In this document: one piece after another, positions 25,345 through 35,924 of the stretch
How positions within the stretch are numbered: the first letter of the stretch is position 1
How the letters are laid out: the number at the start of each line of letters is the position of its first letter
From: Candidatus Microgenomatus sp.
Lineage (GTDB): Bacteria; Patescibacteriota; Minisyncoccia; UBA6257; GWB1-50-10
NCBI GenBank assembly: GCA_020724805.1
Contig: DYGI01000001.1
Span: 175,157 to 239,156 of the forward strand
DNA length: 64,000 nucleotides
Direction: 5' to 3'
Made by a program: the position numbers and the translations under genes
The notes under the pieces: model-generated
The model's input: the letters and a program-made list of their open reading frames with translations, nothing else
Database searches by the model: none
Told to the model about the DNA's origin: nothing

Positions 25345-26492
25345 GATTTTTTAGCCAGGATGGCATCGTATATTCTCTCGAGTTTTGTTATATAGGTATC
25401 GATCGTAAATTCATCATTTACCATCTTTTTTCCTCTTGCCGACATCTGTTCTCGAGATTTAGGGTTCCGGATCATGTCCTCAATACCCTGTTGTAGGCCC
25501 CGAACGGAGCAGGGAACAACTGCCGCGGCTCGAGAAAAGACGTCTCGACTCGATAACGTATCGGTAATGATGGTAGGGACTCCAAGATACATAGCTTCGA
25601 GCGTCACCAAGGAAAATGATTCCATCCGCGAGCTTACTACAAAGAGATCCATGAGCGATATCCAGACCGGAACGTCTTTTTGATGGCCCGCAAACATCAC
25701 TTTATTTGATATTTCTAATCGCCGTGCCCGCTCTTTCAGCTCGGTAGTTTTGGGCCCGTCGCCAATGAGCATCAGGAAGGAATTGGGTGTCTTTTCCAAT
25801 ATCCGCTTAAATGATTCCAAGAGCAAATCGTATCCTTTTTCCCACGACATTCTCCCCACCGACCCGAGAACGAAGGCGCGGGGAGGCACGGAGAGGCGGC
25901 GGCGGTATTCCTCCTTGTCGAACTCTTTCGGTAACAGGAGACGCTGGGGATCAACCGCATTATGGAGAACGAACAATTTTTTTCCAGTCGATTCGGCCAC
26001 GCGCTTCAAATGCTCCGCTTTTTCTTCAATGGTCGCTATGAAGGCACCGACGAGCCACCGGTTAATGAAAAATCTCACGATCTTTCTCGAAAGCGGTTCC
26101 GGCATATCCGGGTTATGAACGTGCGATATCACCGGAATGCCGAGTCCGAACACCCCCATGCTTCCGTAAAAATCGCTTGCGAGTTGATGGGTGTGCACGA
26201 TGTCGGGTTCACACTCTTTTATGAGGCGTCTTACCGCAGAGATGTTCCCGAAAACATTTTTTATATTTCCGAGTCCCAAACGGTAGTATTCGATGCCCCC
26301 ATCTTCCAGCTCCTGTCCCATGGTGCCGTTCCCCATAAGTGAGCACACCATAGGACGGTACCGCTCGCTTTTTGCAAGGGTTTTGGCGGTATCCACTACC
26401 ATCCGTTCCACGCCTCCGGGGTCGAGAGTCGCGGTTATGATAAGAACGTTTCGTTTCATATCCTCGTGTTTAATGTGTATAGTGTAATCCAA
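25341..26492 (-). CDS. glycosyltransferase family 4 (GT-B fold)
   Basis: 383 aa. C-terminal ...FVVSSRMESFSLVTLEAMYLGVPTIITD E-x7-E-like donor-binding region. Confidence 0.75.
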   Translation of the reverse strand: MDYTIHIKHEDMKRNVLIITATLDPGGVERMVVDTAKTLAKSERYRPMVCSLMGNGTMGQELEDGGIEYYRLGLGNIKNVFGNISAVRRLIKECEPDIVHTHQLASDFYGSMGVFGLGIPVISHVHNPDMPEPLSRKIVRFFINRWLVGAFIATIEEKAEHLKRVAESTGKKLFVLHNAVDPQRLLLPKEFDKEEYRRRLSVPPRAFVLGSVGRMSWEKGYDLLLESFKRILEKTPNSFLMLIGDGPKTTELKERARRLEISNKVMFAGHQKDVPVWISLMDLFVVSSRMESFSLVTLEAMYLGVPTIITDTLSSRDVFSRAAAVVPCSVRGLQQGIEDMIRNPKSREQMSARGKKMVNDEFTIDTYITKLERIYDAILAKKS

Positions 26493-27706
26493 TGGAAAGT
26501 AATACCAAAAGGTACCGTATGGCCTTTTTGACCGGCCAGCCCATCGTCGATCAAGCTCCGCTATTTAGAAAACTTGCCGAGCATCCTCGCGTGGATCTGA
26601 CCGTCTATTTTTGTTGGGATACCGGCGCGGGTGAAGTGTCGTTCGATAAGCAGTTTGGCGTGGCGATCCGATGGGGCACCCCGCTCCTTGGGGGATACCT
26701 ACACAAGTTTTTGAGGAATTTTTCCCTCAAACCTTCCGATTCTTTTTGGGGGCAGGTAAATTTTGGCATCATCGTTGAGCTTTTCAGGAACCGCTACGAC
26801 GCCATCGTCATTCACGGATGGAACTCGTTCACTTATTGGTTGGTGTTTCTCGTCGCCCCCGTGTTGGGAGTTGATATTTTTCTCCGAGGCGAGAACCCAT
26901 TCAATCAAGAGATTCTGAAGTCTTCATGGAACTTAAGGATCAAGAGAGTCGTATTGGGGTGGTTATTCCGACGGGTAAGTGCCTTCCTTTACCTCGGAGA
27001 AGAGAACAAGAAGTTCTATGAATATTATGGAGTCCCAGCGGAAAAGTTGTTCTTTACTCCCTACGCGGTCGAGAATGATCGGTTTTTTGAACAGGCGCAG
27101 CTGCTACGAAGCGATAGGGAAAAATTGAAGAAAGAAATGGGTTTGTCGCCGGAAAGCGTGACCATCCTTTTTATGGGGAAACTCATAGACAAAAAAAGGC
27201 CTTTTGACGCAGTGAAAGCGTTGGAAATTCTCGCCAGTTCCTTTCCAAACCTACGCCTTTTAATGGTAGGTGACGGCTCACTCCGGCCGGCGCTTGCACA
27301 ATACATCACCGAGAAGAATTTGCGACAAATCGAACTTGTTGGATTTAAAAATCAGACTGAAATTCCCAGGTATTATGCGGTCGCTGACATTTTCGTGTTG
27401 CCATCCGGACCCGGAGAAACGTGGGGGCTTGTAGTGAATGAGGCAATGAATTTCGGCCTTCCGATTGTGATCTCGGACATTGTGGGGTGTGGTCCGGATT
27501 TAGTCCGTGACGGAAAAAATGGTTATCGGTACCCAATCGGGAACATAGAGGCGCTTGCTAAATCTTTAGAGAAACTTATTGAGAGTAAGGAAAGGCGTGA
27601 AGCGTTTGGGATAGAGTCACTAGAAAAAGTACAAGAGTATTCTTATAAAAAAGACATTGAAGGAATTCTGGAAGCGCTAGATTTTAGTTATGACGGAAAG
27701 AGGTAA
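26492..27706 (+). CDS. glycosyltransferase family 4
   Basis: 404 aa. VLPSGPGETWGLVVNEAMNFGLPIVISDIVGCGPDLVRDGKNGYRY. Confidence 0.8.
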   Translation: MESNTKRYRMAFLTGQPIVDQAPLFRKLAEHPRVDLTVYFCWDTGAGEVSFDKQFGVAIRWGTPLLGGYLHKFLRNFSLKPSDSFWGQVNFGIIVELFRNRYDAIVIHGWNSFTYWLVFLVAPVLGVDIFLRGENPFNQEILKSSWNLRIKRVVLGWLFRRVSAFLYLGEENKKFYEYYGVPAEKLFFTPYAVENDRFFEQAQLLRSDREKLKKEMGLSPESVTILFMGKLIDKKRPFDAVKALEILASSFPNLRLLMVGDGSLRPALAQYITEKNLRQIELVGFKNQTEIPRYYAVADIFVLPSGPGETWGLVVNEAMNFGLPIVISDIVGCGPDLVRDGKNGYRYPIGNIEALAKSLEKLIESKERREAFGIESLEKVQEYSYKKDIEGILEALDFSYDGKR

Positions 27707-28775
27707 TCTAAAAATTTTTCTTGTCGGTGACGTGCCACGACATGATGTAACACACGCCCAAAAAAGAGCGTTTGAAAGACTTGGATGTGAGGTCATCATC
27801 ATGGATCCCTCACAATATTATTTTATTAAATTATGGAACAGAGTTTTGAACCGATTTCTTGCCACGCTCGTCCGCTTTAAGAAGGAGTTAGGGATAAGGA
27901 TTTACTTCGGAGTTAAGAAACTGAACGAGGAAATCATAAAGGTTGCACAGGAAACCAAACCGCATTTTATTCTCATCCATAAACCAGTGCTGATTGAGCC
28001 TGGAACTGTAGAGAATCTTAAAAAGCTTGGCACAAAGGTTTTTACGTATTTTGCCGATGATATTCAGAATCCCTTAAGTGTGTCGCGGCGCCTTTATAAA
28101 GCGTTACCTCTATACGATGCCCACTTTACGAATAAGTCACACCAAATCGAGGATTTAAAGAAAATGGGAGGGAGAAAGGTGTTTTTTGTGTCGGCATCTC
28201 CCGACCTCGATTTTTACTATCCTGAGAAAATTTCCGAAGAAGAAAAAAAGAAATTGGGAGCCGACCTAGTCTTCATAGGGAATTGTTATGAAAAGTATAG
28301 AGCGGAGTTTTTAGAAAGGGTTTGTCGGTACGGATATAACATAAAAATATATGGTAGTTTATGGGATCGGCTCTCTAGCTGTAGATGTTTAAGGAAAAGT
28401 GGTAGCCTAATGTTGAGACCCGCGGAGGGGGACGATTATAGGCGGGTTATGAATTCCAGCAAAATAGCAATTGCACTTTTAAGTAAAATGAACAGAGACC
28501 AGCATACTCGTAGAACCTTCGAAATTCCTGCATGTGGTACTTTTATGCTTCACGAGAGGACACCAGAAGCAGTCAGTTTTTTTAAAGAAGGCGAGGAGGC
28601 AGAGTTTTTCAGTTCTTTCGATGAGTTGATAAAAAAAATTGACTACTATCTTAAACACGAGAAAGAACGAGGCAAAATAGCTGTTGCTGGCCTGAAGAAA
28701 GCGAGATCATATAAGTATTCATACCTCGCCAATGCCCAGAAGATGTTAAACGTCTACAAAACGTTAACGAAATAA
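27690..28775 (+). CDS. CgeB-like glycosyltransferase-family protein, putative
   Basis: 361 aa. Resembles the DUF3880 + Glyco_trans_1_2 (CgeB) architecture (LVFIGNCYEKYRAEFLERV...NSSKIAIALLSK...FEIPACGTFMLHE). Confidence 0.4.
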   Translation: MTERGNLKIFLVGDVPRHDVTHAQKRAFERLGCEVIIMDPSQYYFIKLWNRVLNRFLATLVRFKKELGIRIYFGVKKLNEEIIKVAQETKPHFILIHKPVLIEPGTVENLKKLGTKVFTYFADDIQNPLSVSRRLYKALPLYDAHFTNKSHQIEDLKKMGGRKVFFVSASPDLDFYYPEKISEEEKKKLGADLVFIGNCYEKYRAEFLERVCRYGYNIKIYGSLWDRLSSCRCLRKSGSLMLRPAEGDDYRRVMNSSKIAIALLSKMNRDQHTRRTFEIPACGTFMLHERTPEAVSFFKEGEEAEFFSSFDELIKKIDYYLKHEKERGKIAVAGLKKARSYKYSYLANAQKMLNVYKTLTK

Positions 28776-28778
28776 ATC

Positions 28779-29537
28779 ATGGAAAAGCAAAAAAGCGGCT
28801 ACAGAAATTTTCTTTTTTCCCGATACGTGTCTTCGGTAGTGAGGCCAGTTTTTGGCGAAACCTCGCTTAAAGAGATAGAACGGCAATTTCCAGTTTGGGA
28901 AGAATATTTTGGTCGTTTTTTTCCAGAAAATTCGGGAGTTGCGATTCTCGATCTTGCATGCGGCTACGGCTCCTTCATATTCTGGCTTCAGCGGAAGGGT
29001 TATCAAAACACCGAGGGTGTGGATATTAGTGATGAACAGGTGAATTATGCGAGAAAATTAGGAATTAAAGGGGTAACAAAAGGGGATGCAAGATTTTTTC
29101 TTGGCGATAAACACGAGAGATACGACATAATAGTTGCTCGAGATTTTATGGAACATCTCAATAAAGAAGAGGTGATAAGGGTGAGTTCCTATATCTTGAG
29201 TGCCTTAAAACCAGGAGGAATATTTCTCATGCAGGTTCCGAATGCAGAAAATTTAATGGGAGCGCGCTATCGTTATGGAGATTTTACCCATGAGGTAGGG
29301 TTCACTTCTCGATCAGCTCGTCAAGTACTCCTCGCTTCGGGTTTCAAATATGTGAGTGCATATCCGCAAAGACCCGTTATACGCGGCATAAAGTCCTTTG
29401 TAAGATATTTACTTTGGAGGGTAGTGGAGTTGATGTTGCACTTCTATCTTATAATCGAAAGCGGATCATCCGATGCTTTTTTTACACAAGATATTATTGT
29501 CAAGGCAGACAAGAGCGAACGGAAAAGCGAAGAGTAA
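28779..29537 (+). CDS. class I SAM-dependent methyltransferase
   Basis: 252 aa. Motif I ILDLACGYGSF, motif post-I DIIVARDFMEHL. Confidence 0.7.
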   Translation: MEKQKSGYRNFLFSRYVSSVVRPVFGETSLKEIERQFPVWEEYFGRFFPENSGVAILDLACGYGSFIFWLQRKGYQNTEGVDISDEQVNYARKLGIKGVTKGDARFFLGDKHERYDIIVARDFMEHLNKEEVIRVSSYILSALKPGGIFLMQVPNAENLMGARYRYGDFTHEVGFTSRSARQVLLASGFKYVSAYPQRPVIRGIKSFVRYLLWRVVELMLHFYLIIESGSSDAFFTQDIIVKADKSERKSEE

Positions 29538-29539
29538 AA

Positions 29540-30445
29540 ATGAAAAAAAAATTTATCGTAACAGGTGGGGCTGGATTTATAGGCTCCCATTTAGTAGATG
29601 CTATCATTGCGCGCGGTGACGAAGTGATTGTCATCGACAACCTTGCTACGGGGAAACGCGAGAACGTAAACCCAAATGCAAAATTTGTTCGAGTAGATAT
29701 TCGCAATTTTGAAGAAATCTTACCGCATTTTCATGGCGTAGATTTTGTGTTTCATGTTGCGGCGCTTGCGCGCGTTCAACCCTCTATAGAGGAGCCAAAA
29801 ACATTTCACGACGTTAACATTACTGGGACCCTTAATGTTCTTCTTGCTGCGAAAGAAGCTGGGGTGAAGAGGGTGATATATTCAGCTTCGTCGTCGGCGT
29901 ATGGAGATCAAAAAACCATGCCGCTCCGCGAAGATATGCCCGCAAATCCTTTGAGTCCCTACGGACTTCAAAAATATGTTGGGGAAATGTATTGCCGATT
30001 GTTTTCTAGAATATATGGCTTGCAAACTGTGAATCTGCGATATTTTAACGTTTACGGAGAACGTCAGCCGCTCGAGGGGGCATACTGTCTCGTGATGGGG
30101 ATTTTTATAAGACAGCGGCTTGCGGGCAAGCCGATGACTATTGTTGGCAATGGAGAGCAGAGACGCGATTATACCAATGTTGCGGACGTAGTAAGCGCCA
30201 ACCTGTTGGCTGTCGAGAGTAAAAACGTTGGTAATGGTGAGGTGATTAATATCGGGCGAGGTAGAAACTACACTGTTAATGAAGTGGCCGCAATGATTGG
30301 GGGGCCGACTACTAAACTTCCGCCACGTATAGAACCAATAGAGACTTTAGCAGACAACTCACTTGCGCGAAAACTTCTTAGGTGGGAGCCCCACATCAAC
30401 TTACCAGAGTGGATGGTGTCATACAAAAAAATAGTAGGACTGTAA
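29540..30445 (+). CDS. NAD-dependent epimerase/dehydratase (extended SDR; UDP-sugar epimerase or decarboxylase-like)
   Basis: ORF 29414 trimmed to MKKKFIVTGGAGFIGSHL (Rossmann GxxGxxG). YSASSSAYG, catalytic YGLQKYVGE (YxxxK). Confidence 0.85.
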   Translation: MKKKFIVTGGAGFIGSHLVDAIIARGDEVIVIDNLATGKRENVNPNAKFVRVDIRNFEEILPHFHGVDFVFHVAALARVQPSIEEPKTFHDVNITGTLNVLLAAKEAGVKRVIYSASSSAYGDQKTMPLREDMPANPLSPYGLQKYVGEMYCRLFSRIYGLQTVNLRYFNVYGERQPLEGAYCLVMGIFIRQRLAGKPMTIVGNGEQRRDYTNVADVVSANLLAVESKNVGNGEVINIGRGRNYTVNEVAAMIGGPTTKLPPRIEPIETLADNSLARKLLRWEPHINLPEWMVSYKKIVGL

Positions 30446-30455
30446 CACTCCCACG

Positions 30456-31133
30456 GTGAATATAGAAAAATTCCGAAACAAGCAAGGGAAAATTTGGCTT
30501 AACGTTGCCTCCTCGGTTTATGCTTTGGCTGAGTTTGTTAATTTAGACAACAGCGTATTTCTTCAATTTTCAGACATACTTTATATACTGCGCCCCCTCA
30601 TCCCTGGAAAGTATCATGAATGGATTACAAAGTATAAAAATTTAAAAAAGAGCAAGCTTTTTTTAATACACGACTGCCGAAAACCACTTCCTTTCCCAAA
30701 CTCTTCCGTGGACCATGTATTGTGTTCGGATTTCCTCGAGCACGTCTTTCCAAAGGAGGCGGAAGAAATTGTCGGTGATTTTCACCGGGTATTAAAGGAT
30801 GGCGGTACATTGCACATCGTGGTGCCAAACCTCACGTGGATGGTTGAAGAATATCTAGAAAAGAAAAAGAGCAAGACGTCGAACGCCGCCGATTGGTTTA
30901 TCGCAGAAACCATATTAAGTCGAAAAACTCGAGGTTCCTTAAAATATAGAATTCTCGAATTTTTTGGCGCCTTCGGGTTGCAGCATTACTGGATGTACGA
31001 CGACGATTCCATGAAGATGTTGCTTGATAAATTTGGATTCAAAATAGTGGAGGAAAAAAATTTTCCAAGCAAAAACTATCGTGCTGGTATAGATTACAAA
31101 AGCAAGGCCGTCGAAGTCTTTGCTCAAAAGTAA
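30456..31133 (+). CDS. class I SAM-dependent methyltransferase (type 11-like)
   Basis: 225 aa. VDHVLCSDFLEHV...VLKDGGTLHIVVPN. Confidence 0.65.
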   Translation: MNIEKFRNKQGKIWLNVASSVYALAEFVNLDNSVFLQFSDILYILRPLIPGKYHEWITKYKNLKKSKLFLIHDCRKPLPFPNSSVDHVLCSDFLEHVFPKEAEEIVGDFHRVLKDGGTLHIVVPNLTWMVEEYLEKKKSKTSNAADWFIAETILSRKTRGSLKYRILEFFGAFGLQHYWMYDDDSMKMLLDKFGFKIVEEKNFPSKNYRAGIDYKSKAVEVFAQK

Positions 31134-32276
31134 TCACCGGATCATTTTGAGGTATTTATTGGCCGCTGCTTCCACCGAGAAGAATTTTGCACGCTTGCAC
31201 AGCTCTTCGTGATTTCTTGGGCTGCTCATAGCTTCTTTAATAGCTTCTGCCAAGGCGTTTATGTTTTTGACTGGCACGAGTCTCCCAAATCTCCCGTTAT
31301 CCAGTGCTTCCGCGGGTCCCGTAGGGCAATTAGTTGCGACGACCGGCGTACCGCACGCCATGGCCTCTACTAGTACATTGCCCAACCCCTCGTATATAGC
31401 GGGATGCACAAATACTTTTGAGCGCGCCATGTAAGCGTATGGATTATCGACAAATCCAGGCATCGAAACATATTTCTCGACACCGAGATTTCCGGTCATT
31501 TCCTCAAGTTTTTCTCTTTCTTCTCCTTCGCCTAAAATGATGAGCCGGAGATTTTTTTCTCTTCTCAATATCGAGAATGCCTCTATAAGATTTGCGAATC
31601 CTTTTGATTCCGATAGGGAGCCCACACCAATTACCACGCCCTCGGATGATTCACTAAAAAACGGGTGCGAAACATCTTCACGACATTTTTCGTACACTTT
31701 TTCGTCGATGATTGGGTTGTAAACAACTTGCACGCGTTCCTGCGGTATTTTGGCGCATTTTGACAAGTCGTCCGCTATTCCCTTTGATGCTGCAGTAATG
31801 AAGTTTGCGCGCGGGTACAAGAGTCGTATCAATAAATGCATAACTCGCTTTCTTATCAATCCCCGTATGGAGAGCGAGATGAAGTTTTGTTCGCTTATTA
31901 TCAATTTCGTCTTTATTCCCGAAATAGCTCTTGCGACGATGGCGATTAAGTTACATTTGTTCATCGCAGAAATAATCACGTCGGGGCTTTCCCTACGTAG
32001 ATAAAGAGAGAATGGAAGGAGGCTTTGGGGCACACGGAACCTTTTTACTAATGGATTGAAACTAACGACCTCTATTTTCTGAGGAACCTGTTTCAAATAA
32101 GGGCCTTCTTTAACGATGAGAAAAAAACTCACTTGGTGCCCCTTACTATGGAGACTCATTGCTAAGTGAAGCATTGCTTTTTCCGCACCACCACCCCCCA
32201 ACGAAGTAAGGAAAATAACAATTCGTTTTTGTGTTGTAGACGCCATAAATTTTGAGGTTAGTTGACTATATTGCAA
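31134..32276 (-). CDS. glycosyltransferase family 4
   Basis: 380 aa. SESKGFANLIEAF...VHPAIYEGLGNVLVEAMACGTPVVAT. Confidence 0.8.
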   Translation of the reverse strand: MQYSQLTSKFMASTTQKRIVIFLTSLGGGGAEKAMLHLAMSLHSKGHQVSFFLIVKEGPYLKQVPQKIEVVSFNPLVKRFRVPQSLLPFSLYLRRESPDVIISAMNKCNLIAIVARAISGIKTKLIISEQNFISLSIRGLIRKRVMHLLIRLLYPRANFITAASKGIADDLSKCAKIPQERVQVVYNPIIDEKVYEKCREDVSHPFFSESSEGVVIGVGSLSESKGFANLIEAFSILRREKNLRLIILGEGEEREKLEEMTGNLGVEKYVSMPGFVDNPYAYMARSKVFVHPAIYEGLGNVLVEAMACGTPVVATNCPTGPAEALDNGRFGRLVPVKNINALAEAIKEAMSSPRNHEELCKRAKFFSVEAAANKYLKMIR

Positions 32277-32342
32277 ATCTAATTTATTTTACATAAAGCA
32301 CAAGAATAAACCAACAGCCAATAACTTTGGAGGGCGAGTCTC

Positions 32343-33848
32343 ATGCAAGAACGAATTTGTCTCGTGATCCCGCCTTCCACATTTCTTCTGGATGAGCGGG
32401 TGTTTATGACCTTGGGTATTTTGAAGGTTGCTGCAGTGCTCGAAAAGACATGGAAGGTGGATGTGTTGGACCTCTCGGGTATTGAAAACTACGAAGAGGC
32501 GATGGCCGACTACCTTGCGCGGTTTGATACGACTGTATTCGGCTTTACTGCAACAACCCCACAAATGCCCGCAGTCAGTCGCCTTTCCCGCGTTATGAGG
32601 AGTCTTCGTCCTAGCTCAAAGCTAATTCTCGGCGGACCCCATGGAACGTTGGTAAACGCGGCGCACCGAAGAGAGAAGAAAGATGGCATTCGGGGGAGAG
32701 CAACAACAGCATTCGAAGGGCTTCTTGAGCTTTTCGATGTGGTGGTTGCAGGAGATGGAGAATATGCGGTTTTCGAAGCTCTCAAGTCCACTGCGCCGCG
32801 CCTCGTTGATGCTGATGATCCAGCATCAAGCTTGTTCCTGACGGACACAGCTTTGGACGAAACGCCTTGGCCAGCTCGCCATCTCGTGGATGTGGGAAGT
32901 TATCATTACTCTATTGAAGGGGAACGCGCATTGAGTCTTATCGCTCAACTTGGATGCCCCTTTAACTGTGGTTTTTGCGGAGGAAGAAACTCACCTTTTC
33001 TTCGAAGAATCCGTACGAGGACCACTGAGAACATCGTCGCAGAAGTCGAATACCTCTACAAGCAATATGGGGTAAAAGGCTTCATGTTTTATGACGATGA
33101 GTTGAACGTTTCCCGCTCCATGGTGGACACGATGAATCAACTCTCCAATCTCCAGAGTAAGTTGGGAGTCGAATTTCGCTTGCGTGGGTTCATTAAGTCA
33201 CAACTATTTACTGATGAACAAGCAAGCGCGATGTATCGTGCGGGGTTCCGGTGGATATTGGTAGGTTTTGAATCCGGTTCCCCGAGAATTTTGCGGAATA
33301 TCGACAAGCGAGCGACGCGCGAGGAGAACACGAGGTGCTTGGAGATCGCGAAGCGCCACGGTCTCAAGGTGAAAGCGCTTATGTCGATTGGACATCCTGG
33401 AGAATCGGAAGATACCATTCTCGACACGCGTAATTGGCTACTCGAGACGTCACCTGACGATTTCGATGTAACGATTATAACTGTCTATCCAGGAACTCCG
33501 TACTACGACAAAGCCGTTCTTCACCCGGATCGCCCTGATACGTGGGTCTACACATTCGAAGGAGATCACTTGTATAGCCGCGAGGTTGACTACCGGACAG
33601 TGGCTGAATACTACAAAGGAGATCCTGACGGAGGTTATCAGGCGTATGTTCACACCGACTTTCTTACCTCGGAACGTATCGTTGAGCTACGCGACTTCGT
33701 TGAGAGAGATGTTCGGAAAAAACTGAACATACCCTTCAATCCAAGTGCGGCGGCTCGACGGTACGAACATTCGATGGGTCAAGCAGGAACCATGCCATCG
33801 AATATTCTACGCTCGTCCGCTTTCAAGATTTCCAAGAGCCTGGTCTAA
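32343..33848 (+). CDS. B12-binding domain radical SAM protein
   Basis: 501 aa. N-terminal cobalamin-binding-like region, then LGCPFNCGFCGG (CxxxCxxC radical SAM cluster motif). Confidence 0.8.
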   Translation: MQERICLVIPPSTFLLDERVFMTLGILKVAAVLEKTWKVDVLDLSGIENYEEAMADYLARFDTTVFGFTATTPQMPAVSRLSRVMRSLRPSSKLILGGPHGTLVNAAHRREKKDGIRGRATTAFEGLLELFDVVVAGDGEYAVFEALKSTAPRLVDADDPASSLFLTDTALDETPWPARHLVDVGSYHYSIEGERALSLIAQLGCPFNCGFCGGRNSPFLRRIRTRTTENIVAEVEYLYKQYGVKGFMFYDDELNVSRSMVDTMNQLSNLQSKLGVEFRLRGFIKSQLFTDEQASAMYRAGFRWILVGFESGSPRILRNIDKRATREENTRCLEIAKRHGLKVKALMSIGHPGESEDTILDTRNWLLETSPDDFDVTIITVYPGTPYYDKAVLHPDRPDTWVYTFEGDHLYSREVDYRTVAEYYKGDPDGGYQAYVHTDFLTSERIVELRDFVERDVRKKLNIPFNPSAAARRYEHSMGQAGTMPSNILRSSAFKISKSLV

Positions 33849-33922
33849 GTACTGACCAGGCTCCTTTTTATGTTATTTGTGTAAAAAGTGCGTTTTTATT
33901 TCATGCGTGATACTTTAGAATT

Positions 33923-35125
33923 ATGAAAATTCTTCATATTGTTTCCACATATATCCCCGCCTATCGCCGTGGGGGACCCATTGCAAGCGTTCACAATATG
34001 AATAAGTGGCTCGCAAAGAAAGGCGTTGATGTTACGGTGTACACTACCGATATCGATATTCCAAAGGGGAGCGTAAGGCTTGGAGAAGAAGTGAATGTGG
34101 ACGGAGTGAAGGTATGGTACTTCCCGCTAACGTGGAAGACGTGGCAGTACGCGTACGGTATGCACCGCGCGCTTGCCGAAAGCGCAGGAAATTTTGACAT
34201 CATGCACATCACGTCCACCTTTCTCGCCGCTTCCACGCTTGGCGCGTATTATGCGAAGAAATTCAAGGTTCCATACCTCATTTCGCCGCGCGGCAATTTA
34301 ATGAAGGAACCCCTCTCAAAGGGCGTTCTCAAGCGCTTTAAAAAATCGCTTTATCTTCTTCTTGTAGAGAAAAGAAACCTTATGGGGGCAGCGGCTATAG
34401 ATTTCACTGTAGAAAGCGAGAAGCGGGAATATCTTGAACAAAAACTTCCCCCAGTGAGAACACTGGTTCTTCCGAACGGGCTCGAAGTGGAGCACGTAGG
34501 AAGGAGAAACGATAATCCACAAGAAATCAAAAAAGTTTTTTGCGAGCAATATGGTTTGCCGGAATCAGCACGCATCGTTTTGTTTCTCGGAAGGATAACG
34601 TGGATAAAAGGGTTCGATACGCTCATACCCGCATTTGCAAATATCGCACGCAAGGCACGCGACGCATTTCTAGTAATCGTGGGGCCAGATGAAGGAGGAT
34701 ATGAGAAAACGGTGAAAAAACTAGTGGCCGAGAATGCATTACACGAGAAGGCCATTTTCACGGGAATGCTTACTGGGAAACAAAAAGAGAACGCGCTTTA
34801 TGCGGCCGATGTTTTTGTGCTTCCTTCATACTCGGAGAGTTTTGGTATGTCCGCGATAGAGGCGATGTCTCTCGGAGTGCCCGTGGTGGTAACTACCCGT
34901 GTAGGCATTGCGCCGGATATCGGAAAAGTGGGGGCCGGGCTGGTAGTGGAAAAAGACGATCGGCAGCTAGCGGATGCAGTACTTTCGATCCTTGGAGATC
35001 CATCGCTCGCACAGCGTATGGGAACGAAGGGGAGTGAATTGGTTTCGCGAGAATTCGACGCTTCACGGTTAGCAGAAAAATGGATCGAAACCTATAATGA
35101 ACTCGCTTATCATGAACAACGGTAA
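33923..35125 (+). CDS. glycosyltransferase family 4
   Basis: 400 aa. FLGRITWIKGFDTLI...VLPSYSESFGMSAIEAMSLGVPVVVT. Confidence 0.8.
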   Translation: MKILHIVSTYIPAYRRGGPIASVHNMNKWLAKKGVDVTVYTTDIDIPKGSVRLGEEVNVDGVKVWYFPLTWKTWQYAYGMHRALAESAGNFDIMHITSTFLAASTLGAYYAKKFKVPYLISPRGNLMKEPLSKGVLKRFKKSLYLLLVEKRNLMGAAAIDFTVESEKREYLEQKLPPVRTLVLPNGLEVEHVGRRNDNPQEIKKVFCEQYGLPESARIVLFLGRITWIKGFDTLIPAFANIARKARDAFLVIVGPDEGGYEKTVKKLVAENALHEKAIFTGMLTGKQKENALYAADVFVLPSYSESFGMSAIEAMSLGVPVVVTTRVGIAPDIGKVGAGLVVEKDDRQLADAVLSILGDPSLAQRMGTKGSELVSREFDASRLAEKWIETYNELAYHEQR

Positions 35126-35918
35126 ATTGGACGTTATAATCCTTACGAGAAACGAGGAGAAAAATCTCCCGTACGCGCTTGAGAGCGTGAAGTCACTCAA
35201 AGTGAAGGTGTGGGTGGTGGACTCGGGTTCAACCGATGGAACGGAACGAATCGCCAAGGCGGCGGGCGCCGAGGTCGTCTCACACACCGAATATGTGAAC
35301 CAGGCACAGCAGTTCAATTGGGCGCTCGATAACCTCCCTTTGGAAGGGGAGTGGGTATTGCGATTAGATGCTGATGAATGGCTCACACCCGAACTCGCTG
35401 AGGAAATAAAGGACACAGTTGATAGCGACCCTCCGGTTAACGGTTATTACCTGCCAAGGCGCGTGTATTTCATGGGCCGATGGATGCGCCATGGCGGATA
35501 TTACCCCACGTGGATATTACGACTTTTCCGCCGCGGGAAGGCGCGCTCCGACAATAGACCTATGGATGAGCATATTGCGCTTTCAGAAGGAGTTGCCGAA
35601 CGGCTTACCTGTGACTTTGCGGACGAGAACCGGAAAGGACTTTCGGAGTGGGTGCGCAAACACAACGATTATGCTTCGCGCGAGGCCGTCGCCGTTCGGG
35701 AAGGGAATGACGGAGAGAGCGGGCAGAAGAAGACTATATACTACCGAACCCCGCCATTTTTGCGGGCACTCATCTACTTTTGTTATCGCTACTTTTTACG
35801 ACTCGGGTTTTTGGACGGAATTCCAGGATTAGCGTTCCACTTCCTTCAGGGTTTTTGGTACCGGTTCTTGATAGACGCAAAACTTTACGAGATGAAAAGA
35901 GAATCGCGCACCCATTAA
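35097..35918 (+). CDS. glycosyltransferase family 2
   Basis: 273 aa. LDVIILTRNEEKNLPYALESV...VVDSGSTDGT...LRLDADE. Confidence 0.7.
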   Translation: MNSLIMNNGKLDVIILTRNEEKNLPYALESVKSLKVKVWVVDSGSTDGTERIAKAAGAEVVSHTEYVNQAQQFNWALDNLPLEGEWVLRLDADEWLTPELAEEIKDTVDSDPPVNGYYLPRRVYFMGRWMRHGGYYPTWILRLFRRGKARSDNRPMDEHIALSEGVAERLTCDFADENRKGLSEWVRKHNDYASREAVAVREGNDGESGQKKTIYYRTPPFLRALIYFCYRYFLRLGFLDGIPGLAFHFLQGFWYRFLIDAKLYEMKRESRTH

Positions 35919-35924
35919 TTAATC

